Origin: the human T2T-CHM13v2.0 reference genome, Homo sapiens
Reading direction: 5' to 3' (one strand)
Assembly (NCBI RefSeq): GCF_009914755.1
Contig: NC_060941.1
Length of the DNA stretch: 64,000 nt
Shown: in pieces, positions 49,700-64,000 of the stretch
How the letters are laid out: every line of letters begins with the position of its first letter
Position numbering within the stretch: the first letter of the stretch is position 1
The notes under the pieces: model-generated
What the model saw: the letters and a program-made list of their open reading frames with translations, nothing else
The model's database searches: none
What the model was told of the DNA's origin: nothing
Made by a program: the position numbers and the translations under genes

Positions 49700-50830
49700 A
49701 AAGGAGTAGAGGCTGGGAGCAGGGGGCGGCGTGGGGAATGCAAAGGAGGAAGAGGGGAGTGGCTGCTGCTGGCCGGAGCCGGCGTCTCTGGTTTTGGTCT
49801 GGCCGTGGGCCAGCAGGCAGCGGACAGCACAGCACGACGGGCTTGGAGAGCTGGCAGGGCGCTGCGACAGAAAGAGGACGCCGGTCAGGGTGCTGGGGGA
49901 GGGGACCCTCTGCCCACCCAACCCCGCCTGGCCAAGGAAATGTCCGTGTAGTGAGCAGTGACCACATGATGCCCTTTCACCCGCCTCACATGTTTAATTA
50001 AAAAAACAGAAAAACAACCTCCTTCTAGACAGTCTTATGGTCTCTGTTTTTAGATGGTGTCACAAGGCTCAGAGAGGGTAAATGAAGAGCCCGAGGTCAC
50101 CCAGCTTGTAGGTAGCAGAGCGGGGATGCTCCTCACCCTGCACGGAGCAGCCTGTAGCATCATAAGCTGTTGCTTGCCCTGACGTGGGGAGCCAGGGGGA
50201 TGGCGGACTTCTCAGGTTCGTTTCTCTGCCCACACCTGGCAGGCTGTCCCTGAAAGCTGTCCTCTTTCATCATTTATTCAGCCATTCATCCATTCATTCC
50301 TGAGCATTCGAGGCTGCGTGCTGAACCCTGGGGGACCACAGTGAACAAGCTAGATACCACCCTTCCTGCGAAGAGCTCGAGGCCAGTGGGGGTCCCTAAG
50401 GAGAGCCGGGAACATCAAACCTGCGGATTGGGAGTAAATATTAAATCCAGTTCCTCTCCCCGATTTACATGCACACACACGCACCCGCACAGTCCCTTCA
50501 TCTTCTGAGTGTCGTGGGAACGGGGACTTCTAGCCCTCGGCGGTGGCCAGCAGCACTGGCAGCCGCCCAGCCGCAAGGGGACGCTGTGAGGGCAGCGAGC
50601 AGGATTCCCTAGGCCCTCGCCCCCTGGTGGCGGCAGCGGCTCCTGCTCTGCTCACCACGCCCCTCGGTGATTTCTGGCCCTCCCCCGCCCCGGTTGAGCC
50701 TCTTGGGGGCCTCTTGGGTCACCACTTCTCTCCCTTCCTGTTCCAGCCCTGTGGGGAGGGCCTGTTGGCCTTCACCTAGGCCATGCCCTGGTGTTGCCAC
50801 AAAGCGCCTTGGAGGCCGTATCTCACCAGC
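49700..50830. promoter_or_regulatory. Two CpG-rich patches with a strong CTCF motif
   Basis: CpG clusters at 49720-49950 and 50510-50830; CGCCACCAGGGGGCGA on the minus strand at 50617-50632. Confidence 0.55.
50617..50632 (-). promoter_or_regulatory. CTCF core motif
   Basis: Reverse complement CGCCACCAGGGGGCGA is nearly identical to the CTCF consensus CCACCAGGGGGCGC. Confidence 0.6.
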
Positions 50831-51004
50831 CGGCAGGAGGTCCCTGCATCAGGCCTGGGCCTCAGACACATTCTCTCCTGTGATCCTCTAGCCAGCCTCT
50901 CCCCCGTCCCCCCTTCTGATGAGCCAAAGGTTCTGCGCCATGCATGCTCAAGCTGGGACTGCCGCTGTCCTGGACAGAGACCAGCTCTAAATCAGGCAAT
51001 TTAG

Positions 51005-51295
<291 letters not shown>

Positions 51296-52647
51296 AGACA
51301 AATTTTAAAAATCAGGCAGTTTAGGTGAGACTCAACTGCCAGTCAGCTGAACTTGAAGCTAAGGCTGTCTTCCTCAAGTTGATCTCTTTTCTGAATGGCA
51401 AATCCTGGGGAAAGCAAGGGAGCAGTGGATTTGGATCTTTTAGCCTTCTGCGGTCCAGGGATCCGAGTTTAGGGGAGGTAAAAGGAAGACAGCAGACGCA
51501 GCAATTGCATGCCAGGCACTGTGCTGCTGGAGCTCCTCAAACGGTTTCTCAGTCCTGACAATGACTCTACAGTGGGACTTATTTTCTGTCTTTTACAGAG
51601 GAATAAATGGAAACTCAGAGAGGTTAAGTAACTTGCCCAAGGGCACACAGCTAGGAAGTGGCAGATGTGGGATTCCAGCATCAGCTCCTGCCCCTCACCA
51701 CATTGCAGTGGCTTCTGGTTCTCCCGTCCCACTCTCTGCACTCTACAGACAGCACCGTGCCCTCCTCCTCCCTGTCTCCATGCTATTGGACATTCCTCCT
51801 CATCTTCTCCTCCACTTCCCTGCAGACAGTCAGGGCCACCTTGCCCCTTAGTACTAGTGAGGGTTTGAAAGAGAAGCACAGCACATTGGGGCCACCAACA
51901 GGCTAGGACTCTATGGTCTAGGTGACTGCAAAACAGAGCTATCTGGATAGATGAAATGACCTCTCCCTGAACCACATGGCCCGAGCTCCAGACCAGAAAT
52001 GAGCTACCGATGCTTGAGAGAGAGCCAGGCACAGAGAAAAAAAGCTAGAGGGATGCTTTGGAAGATGAGATGCTCTGATGGGTGCCAGGGGCTTCGCATG
52101 TGATTGGGAGGCCAGATTTCTCACCACCCATTTAGCCTCAGACACAGGCTGCTTTCAGCCAGTGTTATAAGTAGCTGGGAATATAAAAGTTGGGCAGGGA
52201 GAGCAGAATCCAGCTTGGTCCTGGGCTGGGAAACATGGATTGGGGGTGGGGGGATAGTGGCTGGTCTGGTACCAGGCTTATGGTTTGCTGGAAAGATCTG
52301 TCTCCTCCAGCAACAGCTGTGAGAGAGAGCTGGGTTGTGAACTACCCTGCAGGGGAAGCCTCCATGGGACCCTGGGATTCACACGCACCCTGCTGTGGGT
52401 ACCCAAGGGTACCTAACTCCATTCTAGATGTCAATGGATCCTTTGCAAAGGTTAGGGTGCTCTGAGACCTCTGCTGAAGGGAAGGAAACTCACATGCATT
52501 GAGCATCAACTCCGTGTTGGGCACTGGGCAGGTCATGATGCCATCACTGAAATAAAGGCATCAATAGCCACCACATCTTGAGCATCTGCTACATCAGGAA
52601 GCGTGTTAAGCACTTTGTTGTGTTATGATTGCTGACATCAACAGTAA

Positions 52648-53293
<646 letters not shown>

Positions 53294-54544
53294 CAGTAAC
53301 TACAACTTCTTGAACATCTTTTATGCTTTAGGCACTGGCTTGGGCTTTACAGATCATTATTACCATCATCACCGTCATCATCATCACCATCAGACTACTG
53401 ACAACTGCTGTGTTTGGCACTTATTAGAGACCCTTATGTTGTCTAGTTTAACTTGATTCTTAAATCCACCATGTGAAGGAAGTATTCTTACCCCATTTTG
53501 CAGATGAGGAAACTGAGGCACACAGAGGTTAAATGACTTGCCCAAAATCATTTAACTTTGAATTCAGGTCTATGACTGCAAAGCCTTAACTCTTCCCACC
53601 ATATGTCCCTTCCTAAGGAAGCAGATGCTAAGGAATGTTCATTGGCTGAATGAATGAACAAGCAAAGAAACGCAGCTGTCCGAGGTGATGTGTGGAATTT
53701 CCAAGCCCCAGGAGGTTAAGCGGGTTGTTGAAGGTCGCAGAGCCAGACAGCAGTGAGGTAAGTAAGGAGTCCCGGCTCTGGTCTCAGTGCAGGCTTCCCT
53801 CACAAACCTCCTTGCTACTTTGAGCAGAAGCAACCTTGTTTTGGCAGCTGTTTTGCCCTTACTCATGCCTGGGATAACAGTGGACTCCCGATTTGCATGC
53901 CAACTCATTTCCTACCCTTCAGGGAGCTGGGCAGGAGGCCCAGCACTGGGTCCTGCCAATCCCCAGGCGAGCTATCAATGGCAACTGCCAGCTAGTCACG
54001 GGAGAGTCATTTCATTCTCTCTCCCTTTTTCTCTAAGTCCTTCCAGCAGGAGGACTCTCAGAGTTCCTGCTGGATGAGTAGGTATCCCCTGGGGCCGCAA
54101 GGCTGGACAGGCACCTTGGACCTCCCTATCCAAGCCTCCTGGGGCTTCCACCGAGGATCAATATGAGGGTGTGGAGACAGTTTTGTGGCCCTGGGCAAAT
54201 TGAAGTCCCTTCTCCAGGTCTCAGTTTTTACGTATCTCCCAAATGGGGGATTGGGTGAGCTGGCCCTCCAGGTCTGCACTCTGTTTCCTGGGCTCTTCTC
54301 TAATGAGCCTGCCTGTGACATTGTGCAGTTCCCCCAGCCTCACTCTTGCTGGGAACAAGGCCCAATTTGGACCTTCTACCAGGGTGGGAAATGAGTCGAC
54401 TGGGAAATTAGAGACTGCTGTGAATCCAATCATGAGTAAGGGTGAAATTGATGCCAAAAGTTTCTGCTTGAAGCAGCAAGGGGTTTTGTGAGAGAAATCC
54501 TGAGCTGAAAGCCAGAGGAGGCAGGGTGGTCTCTGACATAGGTT

Positions 54545-55370
54545 ATCTGCTGCTGATCAGGGGTTCCCTGGTGGCAGGTGACAGAAACCCAATTCAAGCC
54601 AGCTTGAAAAAAGATGCATTTGTTGGCCCACAGAACTATGCAGAATAGGCAAGATTTAAACACCACCCAGCAAGCACTCTCCCCTTCCTCCTTAACAACA
54701 GAACCCCTCTATTGTTAAGGGATGGTGAGGTGTGTTTCACAGATTTCCCTGCACATGGGAATGGCCAATGAGCTAGAAATGGAAATCTTTGAGTGGGGCT
54801 TCTAGGATGCTCTTTAAAGGGCTGACCCCTGCCTCTTCCCTCATCTTTCTGCCTGGAAGGTAGGCTTGAGGACTGGTGCTGGGGCAGCCATTTTGAGGCT
54901 AAGATAATCATCTTGGGCTAAGAGAATCCCAAAGAACTTAGCCCTGACACTGAACCAACACGAGCAACTGCCTGTTTCTGAAGTTCTCTTCATGCGAAAA
55001 GCCACTGTGGTCAGGTTTCTGTTACTCATGGCTCAATTCAGTTTCCAGGTGATACACCTTCATTCCTTGGGACTGGCTTCTTCACTGGAAGAAAATATGC
55101 CTCCAGGAGCTCTGGGCTTACTTCCTCAGAGCTTTATAGCCAAAGAGGAAAAAGAGTGTCTCCCCCTGCTTCAATTTGAAAACTCATGGAGAAGAACTCT
55201 GATTGGCCCAGCTTGGGTCATGTGCCCCTCCCTTGGTGACACTGAAGCTAGAAAATGAGGCCCTTTGATTGACTCAACTTGGGTCACATGACCTCCCTGT
55301 GGCTGAGAGGATGGGGTCTGTTGAAGGAGAAAGGGAAAAGGGATGCTGGATAGGTAAACAGAACAGTGCT
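54545..55370. mobile_element. Nested old MLT1 LTRs (inner about 54640-55057)
   Basis: gtgacagaaacccaattcaagccagctt outer start; inner gcagccattttgagg…tttctgttac…gataca. Confidence 0.55.
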
Positions 55371-56482
55371 TGGAGCTGCACCTGACTCTGACTCCATCGG
55401 TTGCTGTGCCTCTGGCTTTCAGCCATGTTAGCACCACCCAGCCAGAGGATGTTGGGTCAATTTGCTCAGGACCCCGAGCAAAGTCTATATTCCTTCCAGC
55501 AGGGTTATTGCTACTATTGAATGATGGGGTTAGATATATTAAGTGCCCACCATCTTGCCAGGCACAGAGACAGTGTCCTTCCCATTCCTGTGGGTGGGAA
55601 GAGCCCTGAGATTCTCTCCTGGGCTCTATCTGTCTTGATGTGCCCCCATCAGAGGGAAGAGCCCCTCCCATCCTTACCTAAGCCCCTGGGGATTCAGGGC
55701 CAGGAAGCTCCCCTTGGGGGGAGTCCAGGGAACTGCCCAACAGTCAAGAGATGGGCCTGCTCTTGCTGGGTGCTAACCAGGTGATCTTGGGTGACTCGCT
55801 CAGCGCATCAAGTCTCAGTGTTTTGTCTGCAAATGCGGACGTGCTGTGGTGGGCGCACTGTGGTAAGGGCTAACAGACATGCTGTGTGGAGCCCACTGAG
55901 CACAATGCCTGTCACTCAGGGAAGTCCCACTAAATATTTGCTATTAATGATTGGTCTCGGTAATAGACTCAGGCTTGGCCACCACAGAAAGCATAGCCCC
56001 AGAGTGGCCCTGAGTGGAAGGGAGGTTTTTGTTTGTACCCTCCAGCCTGGTGAGGATGGAGGAGGCCTTCTCTGGCTCTCGCAGCCTGGATACCAGATGG
56101 CATGTGATCTGGCCTGTCCCTGTCCACAGGAAGCAAGTGATGAAGAAGAGGTTGAAAGCTCTTAGTGCTGCCAAAGCAGAGGGGTTGTAGGGAGGAGACT
56201 CAGAAGAGATGCAGGGTGTGGGCCACTGTCACTCACCCACTGAGGGCATCCTCTGTCGGCCACATCACCACTCCAGGTAGGCCAGCCCTGCTCTTGCACA
56301 GGTTGGCTGATTGGGAGCAGATTCTGACTACAGCCAACTGGGGCAGTCAGCCCGGGCAACAGGAACAAGGAGGCATGGCCACTGTACTGAGGGTTCCTTG
56401 CGCTCCAGCTCAGGGTTTAGAGCACGACTCTGCAGTTAGCCAGCCTGGGTTGAACCTGTTATTAGTTGTGTAACATGGACAC

Positions 56483-57162
<680 letters not shown>

Positions 57163-57164
57163 CT

Positions 57165-57879
<715 letters not shown>

Positions 57880-58620
57880 CCTTTCCTCAAGGAGTTTTTT
57901 TGGAAGGATTGGTGTTTTAAGAAACTTTGGAAAACAAAGATGTAAACCAGGCCAACTGGGTCCCCCTGGTGGCCTGGAGGACAAGGTTCTCCAGTGGACC
58001 CTGAAGAACTACCCACCAACAGTGAAGCCAAAGGGGTTTTTTTGTCAAGAGTGCCATAGTCAGGGTAAGTGTCCTGCACAATGACATTCCCTCCTGACAG
58101 GCACAGAGCCAGGGCTGGGTAAGTGTGTAGCAAATCTTCACCCCCATTTATCTGTGCATGTGGCCGACAACGACCTGATGGCCGTGCTGAGCACCTGGGC
58201 AGCGAGGACAGGCCTTTCATGTACCAGCCTCACCTGGGAACCAGCAGGCAGTACTGTGCCCGTCCTGTAGGTACCCTCTGTCCTGGCCAAGGGAGCCCGT
58301 CAAAAATAGCGCAGGCTGGGAAACCAGTTGGGAAACCAGATGGGAAACTCTGGAGCTTGGGGAAGAGCAGACATGGGTTTTGTTCCCAATTCTCCTCCTT
58401 TTCTGCGTGACCTTGGGTGCAGTGTTCAGTTTTTCTGGGCCTTAGCTTTCCCCATGTGGAAAAGAAGTAAATCCTGCTCTTCTCCCTCAACAAGGCTGCT
58501 GGAGAAATCCAAACTGAAGACCGGCAAGGTTAGAAGGGACTCCGATGGTTGAATCTGTTCTCACTCTCCTCAGGTGATCTGAGGGATGCTGTCCAGTGCC
58601 AGGGAGTGTACTACCTCCCA

Positions 58621-59022
58621 TTTCTTTCTTTCTTTCTTTTTTGAAAGTCATCTTAGTATTTCTTTTCTTTTCCTTCCTTCCTTCCTTCCTTCCTTTCTTT
58701 CTTTCTCTTTCTTCCTTTCTTTCTTTTCTTTCTTTCTTTTGAGATGGAGTCTCACTCTGCTGCCCAAGTGGGAGCAAAGTGGCACAATCTCAGCTCACTG
58801 TAAACTCTACCTCCTGGGTTCAAGCGATTCTCCCTCTTCAGCCTCCCGAGTAGCTGGGACTACAGGCATGTGCTGTCACGCCTGGCTAATTTTTGTATTT
58901 TTAGTAGGGATGGGGTTTCACCATGTTGGCCAGGTTGGTCTCGAACTCCTGACCTCAAGTGATCCACTGGCCTCGGCCCCCCAAAGTGCTGGTATTACAG
59001 GTATGAGTCACCATGCCTGGCC
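58621..59022 (-). mobile_element. AluS with complex (TTCC/TTTC) tail
   Basis: TSD actacctcccatt. Confidence 0.9.
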
Positions 59023-61019
59023 ACTACCTCCCATTTTATTGCTAGACAATGTGGCACTCAGGAAGCCCTTCCTTCTATTGTACTGATTTCTGATTTCTGT
59101 GAGCTCTTCCCATAGCCTTGATTCTCCCCTTGGGCCTCATGAAATGGGACTACCCCCACGCCATGATGCCCCACAGGGCCCACTTCACTCAGCCCTCTGA
59201 CTCTCCTGATGCCAGGAGGCCACTGCACTCAGAGCAAGATTGCACATTCCTGCCTTGTTCAGAGTCAATGTCCTGTGGCATTCCAGCCTCCAGCCTCCTG
59301 GCCTGTCCCTCATCTCCCTGACCTGGGACATCTGCCCGGCCTCCCATCACCTCTCAGGCCTGCTGCTCTATGATGCCCCAGGCTGCTCCACTTCCCAGTT
59401 GTGACTTCCACTTGCTGCTCAAATGAACACTTATCCTGACTTCCGTAAGGAACTCAGCCTCCACCAGGCCCCAGGAGGCCCCTTCCCACCCCACTTTGCT
59501 GACATTCCTTTGGGGTAGTCCTAGCCTCTGCAGAGTGGCACCCTGGACAGCCCACCAGCTCCTTAGAGACACTGACTGCACCCATTCCTCTCTGTGTCCC
59601 CATCTAATGGTGAACCCCAAGTCCATCCACATCCTCCATGAGTGCAGCACCTCAAGCTGCTTATAGGCCCAAGCACAGCCTTACCAGGGCAGCCTGACTA
59701 TAGCAGGGCCAGGCAGGATAGAGGAGCATTGCCTCTCTCTCCTTCTGGGAGCCACCTTTTTATTAACGCCCACCTGTCTAAGATCATGGAGAGAGAAATC
59801 ACTTGTCATCTTGGACTGCCATTCTTCTTAGGTGGCCTGGTATACCCATGTGGCACTATTGTCTCTCTTGTTCCATGCCCTGATGGGTATGAAGTCCTAT
59901 CAGACAAAATCTCCAAGACTGATCTCTCCCTCACTGTGTGGCTTCATCTGGTCCCTTCCTGTGTTTCCCAGAAGTTGGGTTCTGCCACTGTTGGGCCTCC
60001 TTAGATCTCCAGCCTGGCATCCAGGCCATCCTCACCCCCATCCTGCCTTGGCCTTTCCTGATATGTCAAGGGTCTCAGCCCACCATGGTCCCCATCTGGC
60101 TAGAAGCACTCACATCCCGCACATGGCTGCTGTCTCCGTGAGTCACTGCACAATGGCATGTTCATTAGGACAGCGGGAGCTCATTTTGCCAACTCTGGAA
60201 CCACGGGAGCCGGCTAAGTTTAGAACAAGCCTTGAGCGTGAGGATGCTGTGTTTCTTTTCCTTCTGGCAAGACACGAGACTCGAGCTATTCTTTTCATCT
60301 TCATTCTCCCAGACAAGCCCTAAGCTTCACTTACTGCTAGATCTGCCTACATCCAACATAAGCTCCTCTGTAATTAAGAGGAGAAACTCCCCCAAGGTTG
60401 AAAAGCATTGGGTTATGGGAATGTTTTAAGGAATATAATGAAGAGTCTGAACATGGGATGATTTAAAGACTTAATGCAGGTGTTCTTAACCCTGTTTCTG
60501 TGGATGGGTTTCATGGAGTGCAGAAACCCCCTTAGTTCTTGTATGACTGTGCATTTCCCTGGGGAAAAGGGACTTTATATATATATATATATAAGTCCAT
60601 AGGGTGTGAAATTGTGGGAGGGGGAGTCTACCTGTCTAGTGTCCAACAGTGGTCAGGAAATTAGTCCCTGTGCTAACACCTCTGCCTTCCATTGCATAGT
60701 CTGACCATCAATGTGATGGCTGCTCTGTCTTAAGGGCCATTTGGGATCAAAAAGCCCAGAACTCAAATTTGAGATTGACCATTTGTAGTGTGACCTTGGG
60801 AAGGTCATCAAACCATTCAGAACTTAATTTTCCCAATTAAATTTTTTTTAATTTCCAGATTAATAAATCTGTGCCTCTACACCCAAAGAAGAGTTTGGGA
60901 AAGAAAAGAACTAACACTTATTGACTATCTAATGTATATCAAGCCTTCTGTTTGTAATCATTTTCCTTTTCAAACTTTACATGCCCCAAGAGTCTCCAAG
61001 AGTTGCTATGAGAGCTCAC

Positions 61020-61450
61020 TGAGAACAAATATTTAACAACTGTCTAGGTACCGAGGATACAGCAGTGAGCAAAACAGATGAAGTCCTTGTCTTTGTGGAG
61101 CTGACAATCTAACAGGGCAGACAGACAATAAGCAAATAAATATGTACAATGTCAGGGCAAAGGGTGGGATAAGGGGAATGAAGAAAAGTGGAGAGGAATG
61201 AGAGAAGGCAGGATATGTATGCTATTCTGTGACAGAGTGACATTTGAGCAGCAAACTGAAGATGTTAAGGAGCAAGCCAGCCTCTGGTAAAAGATAATTC
61301 CAGGAAGAAAACTGCAAGCACAAGTTCTGAGATGGGAATGTGTCTGGCTTATGATGAGTGGTCAGTGGGGCTGGGGCAGAGGAACCTAGGTGAGAGAATG
61401 ATAGGAATTCAGGACAAAATAAGACCCAATTAAGGGCTTTGGATGCTAGG
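61020..61450 (-). mobile_element. L2 fragment
   Basis: aacaaatattt…ggatacagcagtgagcaaaacag…gtgacatttgagca. Confidence 0.7.
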
Positions 61451-61483
61451 ACCACGGATGTAAACATGTATTGCAAGTATTAA

Positions 61484-61738
<255 letters not shown>

Positions 61739-61999
61739 TAAAATGCTATGGATTTTTAACACATCCAATATAACCACCAGCTAAATTGAAGTATAGAACA
61801 TTTCCATTGCCCCAGAAATTTCCCTGGTGCCCTTTTCCAGTGGCTATCCCAATCCCACTCCCCAGAGGCAACCATTGTTCTGATTTCTGTCACTGGAGTT
61901 AATTTATTTCCCTGTTCTTGAACTTTGTATAAATGGAATCATACAGTATATATTCTTGCATAAGGTTTTTTTCATTTGTTTACTATATATTGTTCCTCA

Positions 62000-64000
62000 G
62001 TTTTTAAAATTTTTAAGTTTGTGGGTACATAGTAGGTATATATATTTATGGGGTACATGAGATATTTTGACACAGGTATACCATGCAAATAGTCACATCA
62101 GGGTAACTGTGGTATCCATCACCTCAAGCATTTATCCTTTATTTGTATTAGAAACAATCCAATTATTCTTTTTTATTTTAAAATGTATAATAAATTATTG
62201 TTGATTGTAGTGAATTCTAGACCTTATTCATTCTATTAAATTATATTTTTGTACTCATTAACCATCCTCACTTCCCCGCCACCCCACTACCCTTTCCAGC
62301 CTTTGATAACCTTCATTCTAACCTCTAGCTCCATGAGTTTAATTGTTTTAATTTTTAGCTCCCACAAATGAGTAAGAACAGACAAAGTTTGTCTTTCTGT
62401 GCCTGGCTTATTTAACTTAACATAATGACCTCCAGTTCCATTCATATGGTTGCAAATGATAGGATCTCATTCTTTTTTCTGACTGCATAATACTCTTTTG
62501 TGTATATGTTCCACATTTTCTTTATCTGTTCATCTGTTGATGGACACTTAGGTTGCTTCCAAATCTTGGATATTATGAATAGTGCTGCAATAAACATGGG
62601 AGTGCAGATATGTCTTCAATATACTGATTTCCTTTCTTTTGGATATATGCCTTGCGGTGGGATTGCTGGATCATATGGTAGTTCCATTTTTGGTTTTTTA
62701 GGGACCCCCAAACTATTCTCCATAGTGTTTGTACTAATTTACTTTCCCACCAACAGTGTAAGAGGGTTCCATTTTCTCCACAGCCTCACCAACATTTGTT
62801 ATTGCTTGATTTTTGGATATAAGCCATTTTAACTGGGGTGAGATAATATCTCATTGTGGTTTTGATTTGCATTTCAGTGATTATTAATGATGTTTAGCAC
62901 CTTTTCATATATCTGTTTGCCATTTGTATGTCTTTTTTTGAGAAATGTCTATTCAGACCTTTTGCCCATTTTTTAATCAGATTATTGGATTTTTTTTCCT
63001 GTAGAGATCCTGGTTATTAATCCCGTGATAAATGGATAATTTGCAGATATTTTCTCTGATTCTGTGGGTTGTCTCAACTTTGTTGATTCTATCCTTTGCT
63101 GCAGAAAACTTTTTAACTTGACATGATCCCATTTTAGCTTTGGTTACCTGTGTTTGTGGGCAAGAAATCTTTGCCGAGTTCAATGTCGTGGAAAGTTTCC
63201 CCAATGTTTTCTTTTAGTAGTTTCATAGTCTGAGATGTTAGAGTTAAGTCTTTAATCCATTTTTATTTGATTTTTTTAATATGGCAAGAGATAGGGGTCT
63301 AGTTTCATTCTTCTGCCTATGGATATCCACTTTTCCCAGAATCATTTATTGAAGAGACTGTCTTTTCCCAATGTATGTTCTTGGCAACTTTGTCAAAAAT
63401 GGGTTCACTATAGGTGTATGGATTTGTCTTCAGGTTCTCTATTCTGTTCCACTAGTCTATGTATCTGTTTTCATGCCAGTACTATGCTCTTTGGGTTACT
63501 ATAGCTCTGTAATATAATTTGAGGCCAGGTAGCATGATTCATCCAGTTTTGTTCTTTTTGCTCAGGGTAGCTTTGGGTATTCAGGGTCTTTTATAGTTCC
63601 ATATAAATTTTAGGATTGTTTTTTCTATTTCTGTGAAAAATGTCATTGGTATTTTGGTAGGGATTGCATTCAATCCGTAGATTTCTTTGGGCAGTATAGA
63701 CAGTTTAAAGATATTGATTCTTCCAATCCATGAATATCTTTCCATTTTTTTGTGGCCTCTTCAATTTCTTGCATCAACGGTTTCAAGTTTTCATTGTAGC
63801 GATCTTTCACTTCTTTGGTTAAGTTTATTCCTAGGTATTTTATTTGTAGCTATTATAATTGGAATCACTTTCTTGATTTCTTTTTCAGATTGTTTTTTGT
63901 TGGCATCTAGAAATGCTACTGACTTTTGTATGTTGCATATGATACATGACTTTTGTATCCTGCAACTTTACTGAATTTGTATTTGTTTTTCAGTTCTAAT
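62000..64000 (-). mobile_element. L1MA (MA1-3-like) 3' UTR and ORF2 end, running off the window
   Basis: gtgggtacatagtaggtatatatatttatggggtacatgag…ccatcacctcaagcatttatcc followed by contiguous antisense ORF2. Confidence 0.88.

Noticed and set aside
49812-49832. REST/RE1-like GGACAGCAC half-sites here and near 2429
   Set aside because: The left half-site TCAGCACC at canonical spacing is missing.
62500-63974. ORFs in the terminal L1
   Set aside because: Antisense or broken L1 ORF2 remnants; no intact reverse transcriptase frame.

Overview
Primate (very probably human) intergenic DNA that is Alu-dense and GC-heterogeneous. I see no intact protein-coding gene, no structural RNA gene and nothing prokaryote-like. 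The only gene-derived feature is a decayed, intronless minus-strand retrocopy of SYPL1 (synaptophysin-like 1/pantophysin) at about 21.2-22.0 kb, inserted in an old L1. From memory this is probably SYPL1P2 (17q11, between WSB1 and KSR1); that placement is unverified. Most of the rest is transposon-derived: about 58 Alu/FLAM/FRAM copies, old L1M and L2/MIR fragments, ERV1 LTRs (MER4, LTR8-like, MER50), MaLR elements including a complete THE1 provirus, and DNA transposons (MER44, MER5A, MER46C-like, MER81-like, Made1). Four CpG-rich blocks (about 2.2-2.8, 18.45-19.3, 22.9-23.9 and 49.7-50.8 kb) carry CTCF/AP-1-type motifs. The best leads are: (i) a CpG island that interrupts an old L1/DNA-transposon nest and looks inserted; (ii) the SYPL1 retrocopy, which keeps a splice acceptor, a poly(A) signal and a 63-aa ATG ORF just downstream of a CpG island; (iii) oriented CTCF motifs. 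I cannot support a wholly new biological system from sequence alone. Repeat subfamily names were recognised by eye and boundaries are approximate.
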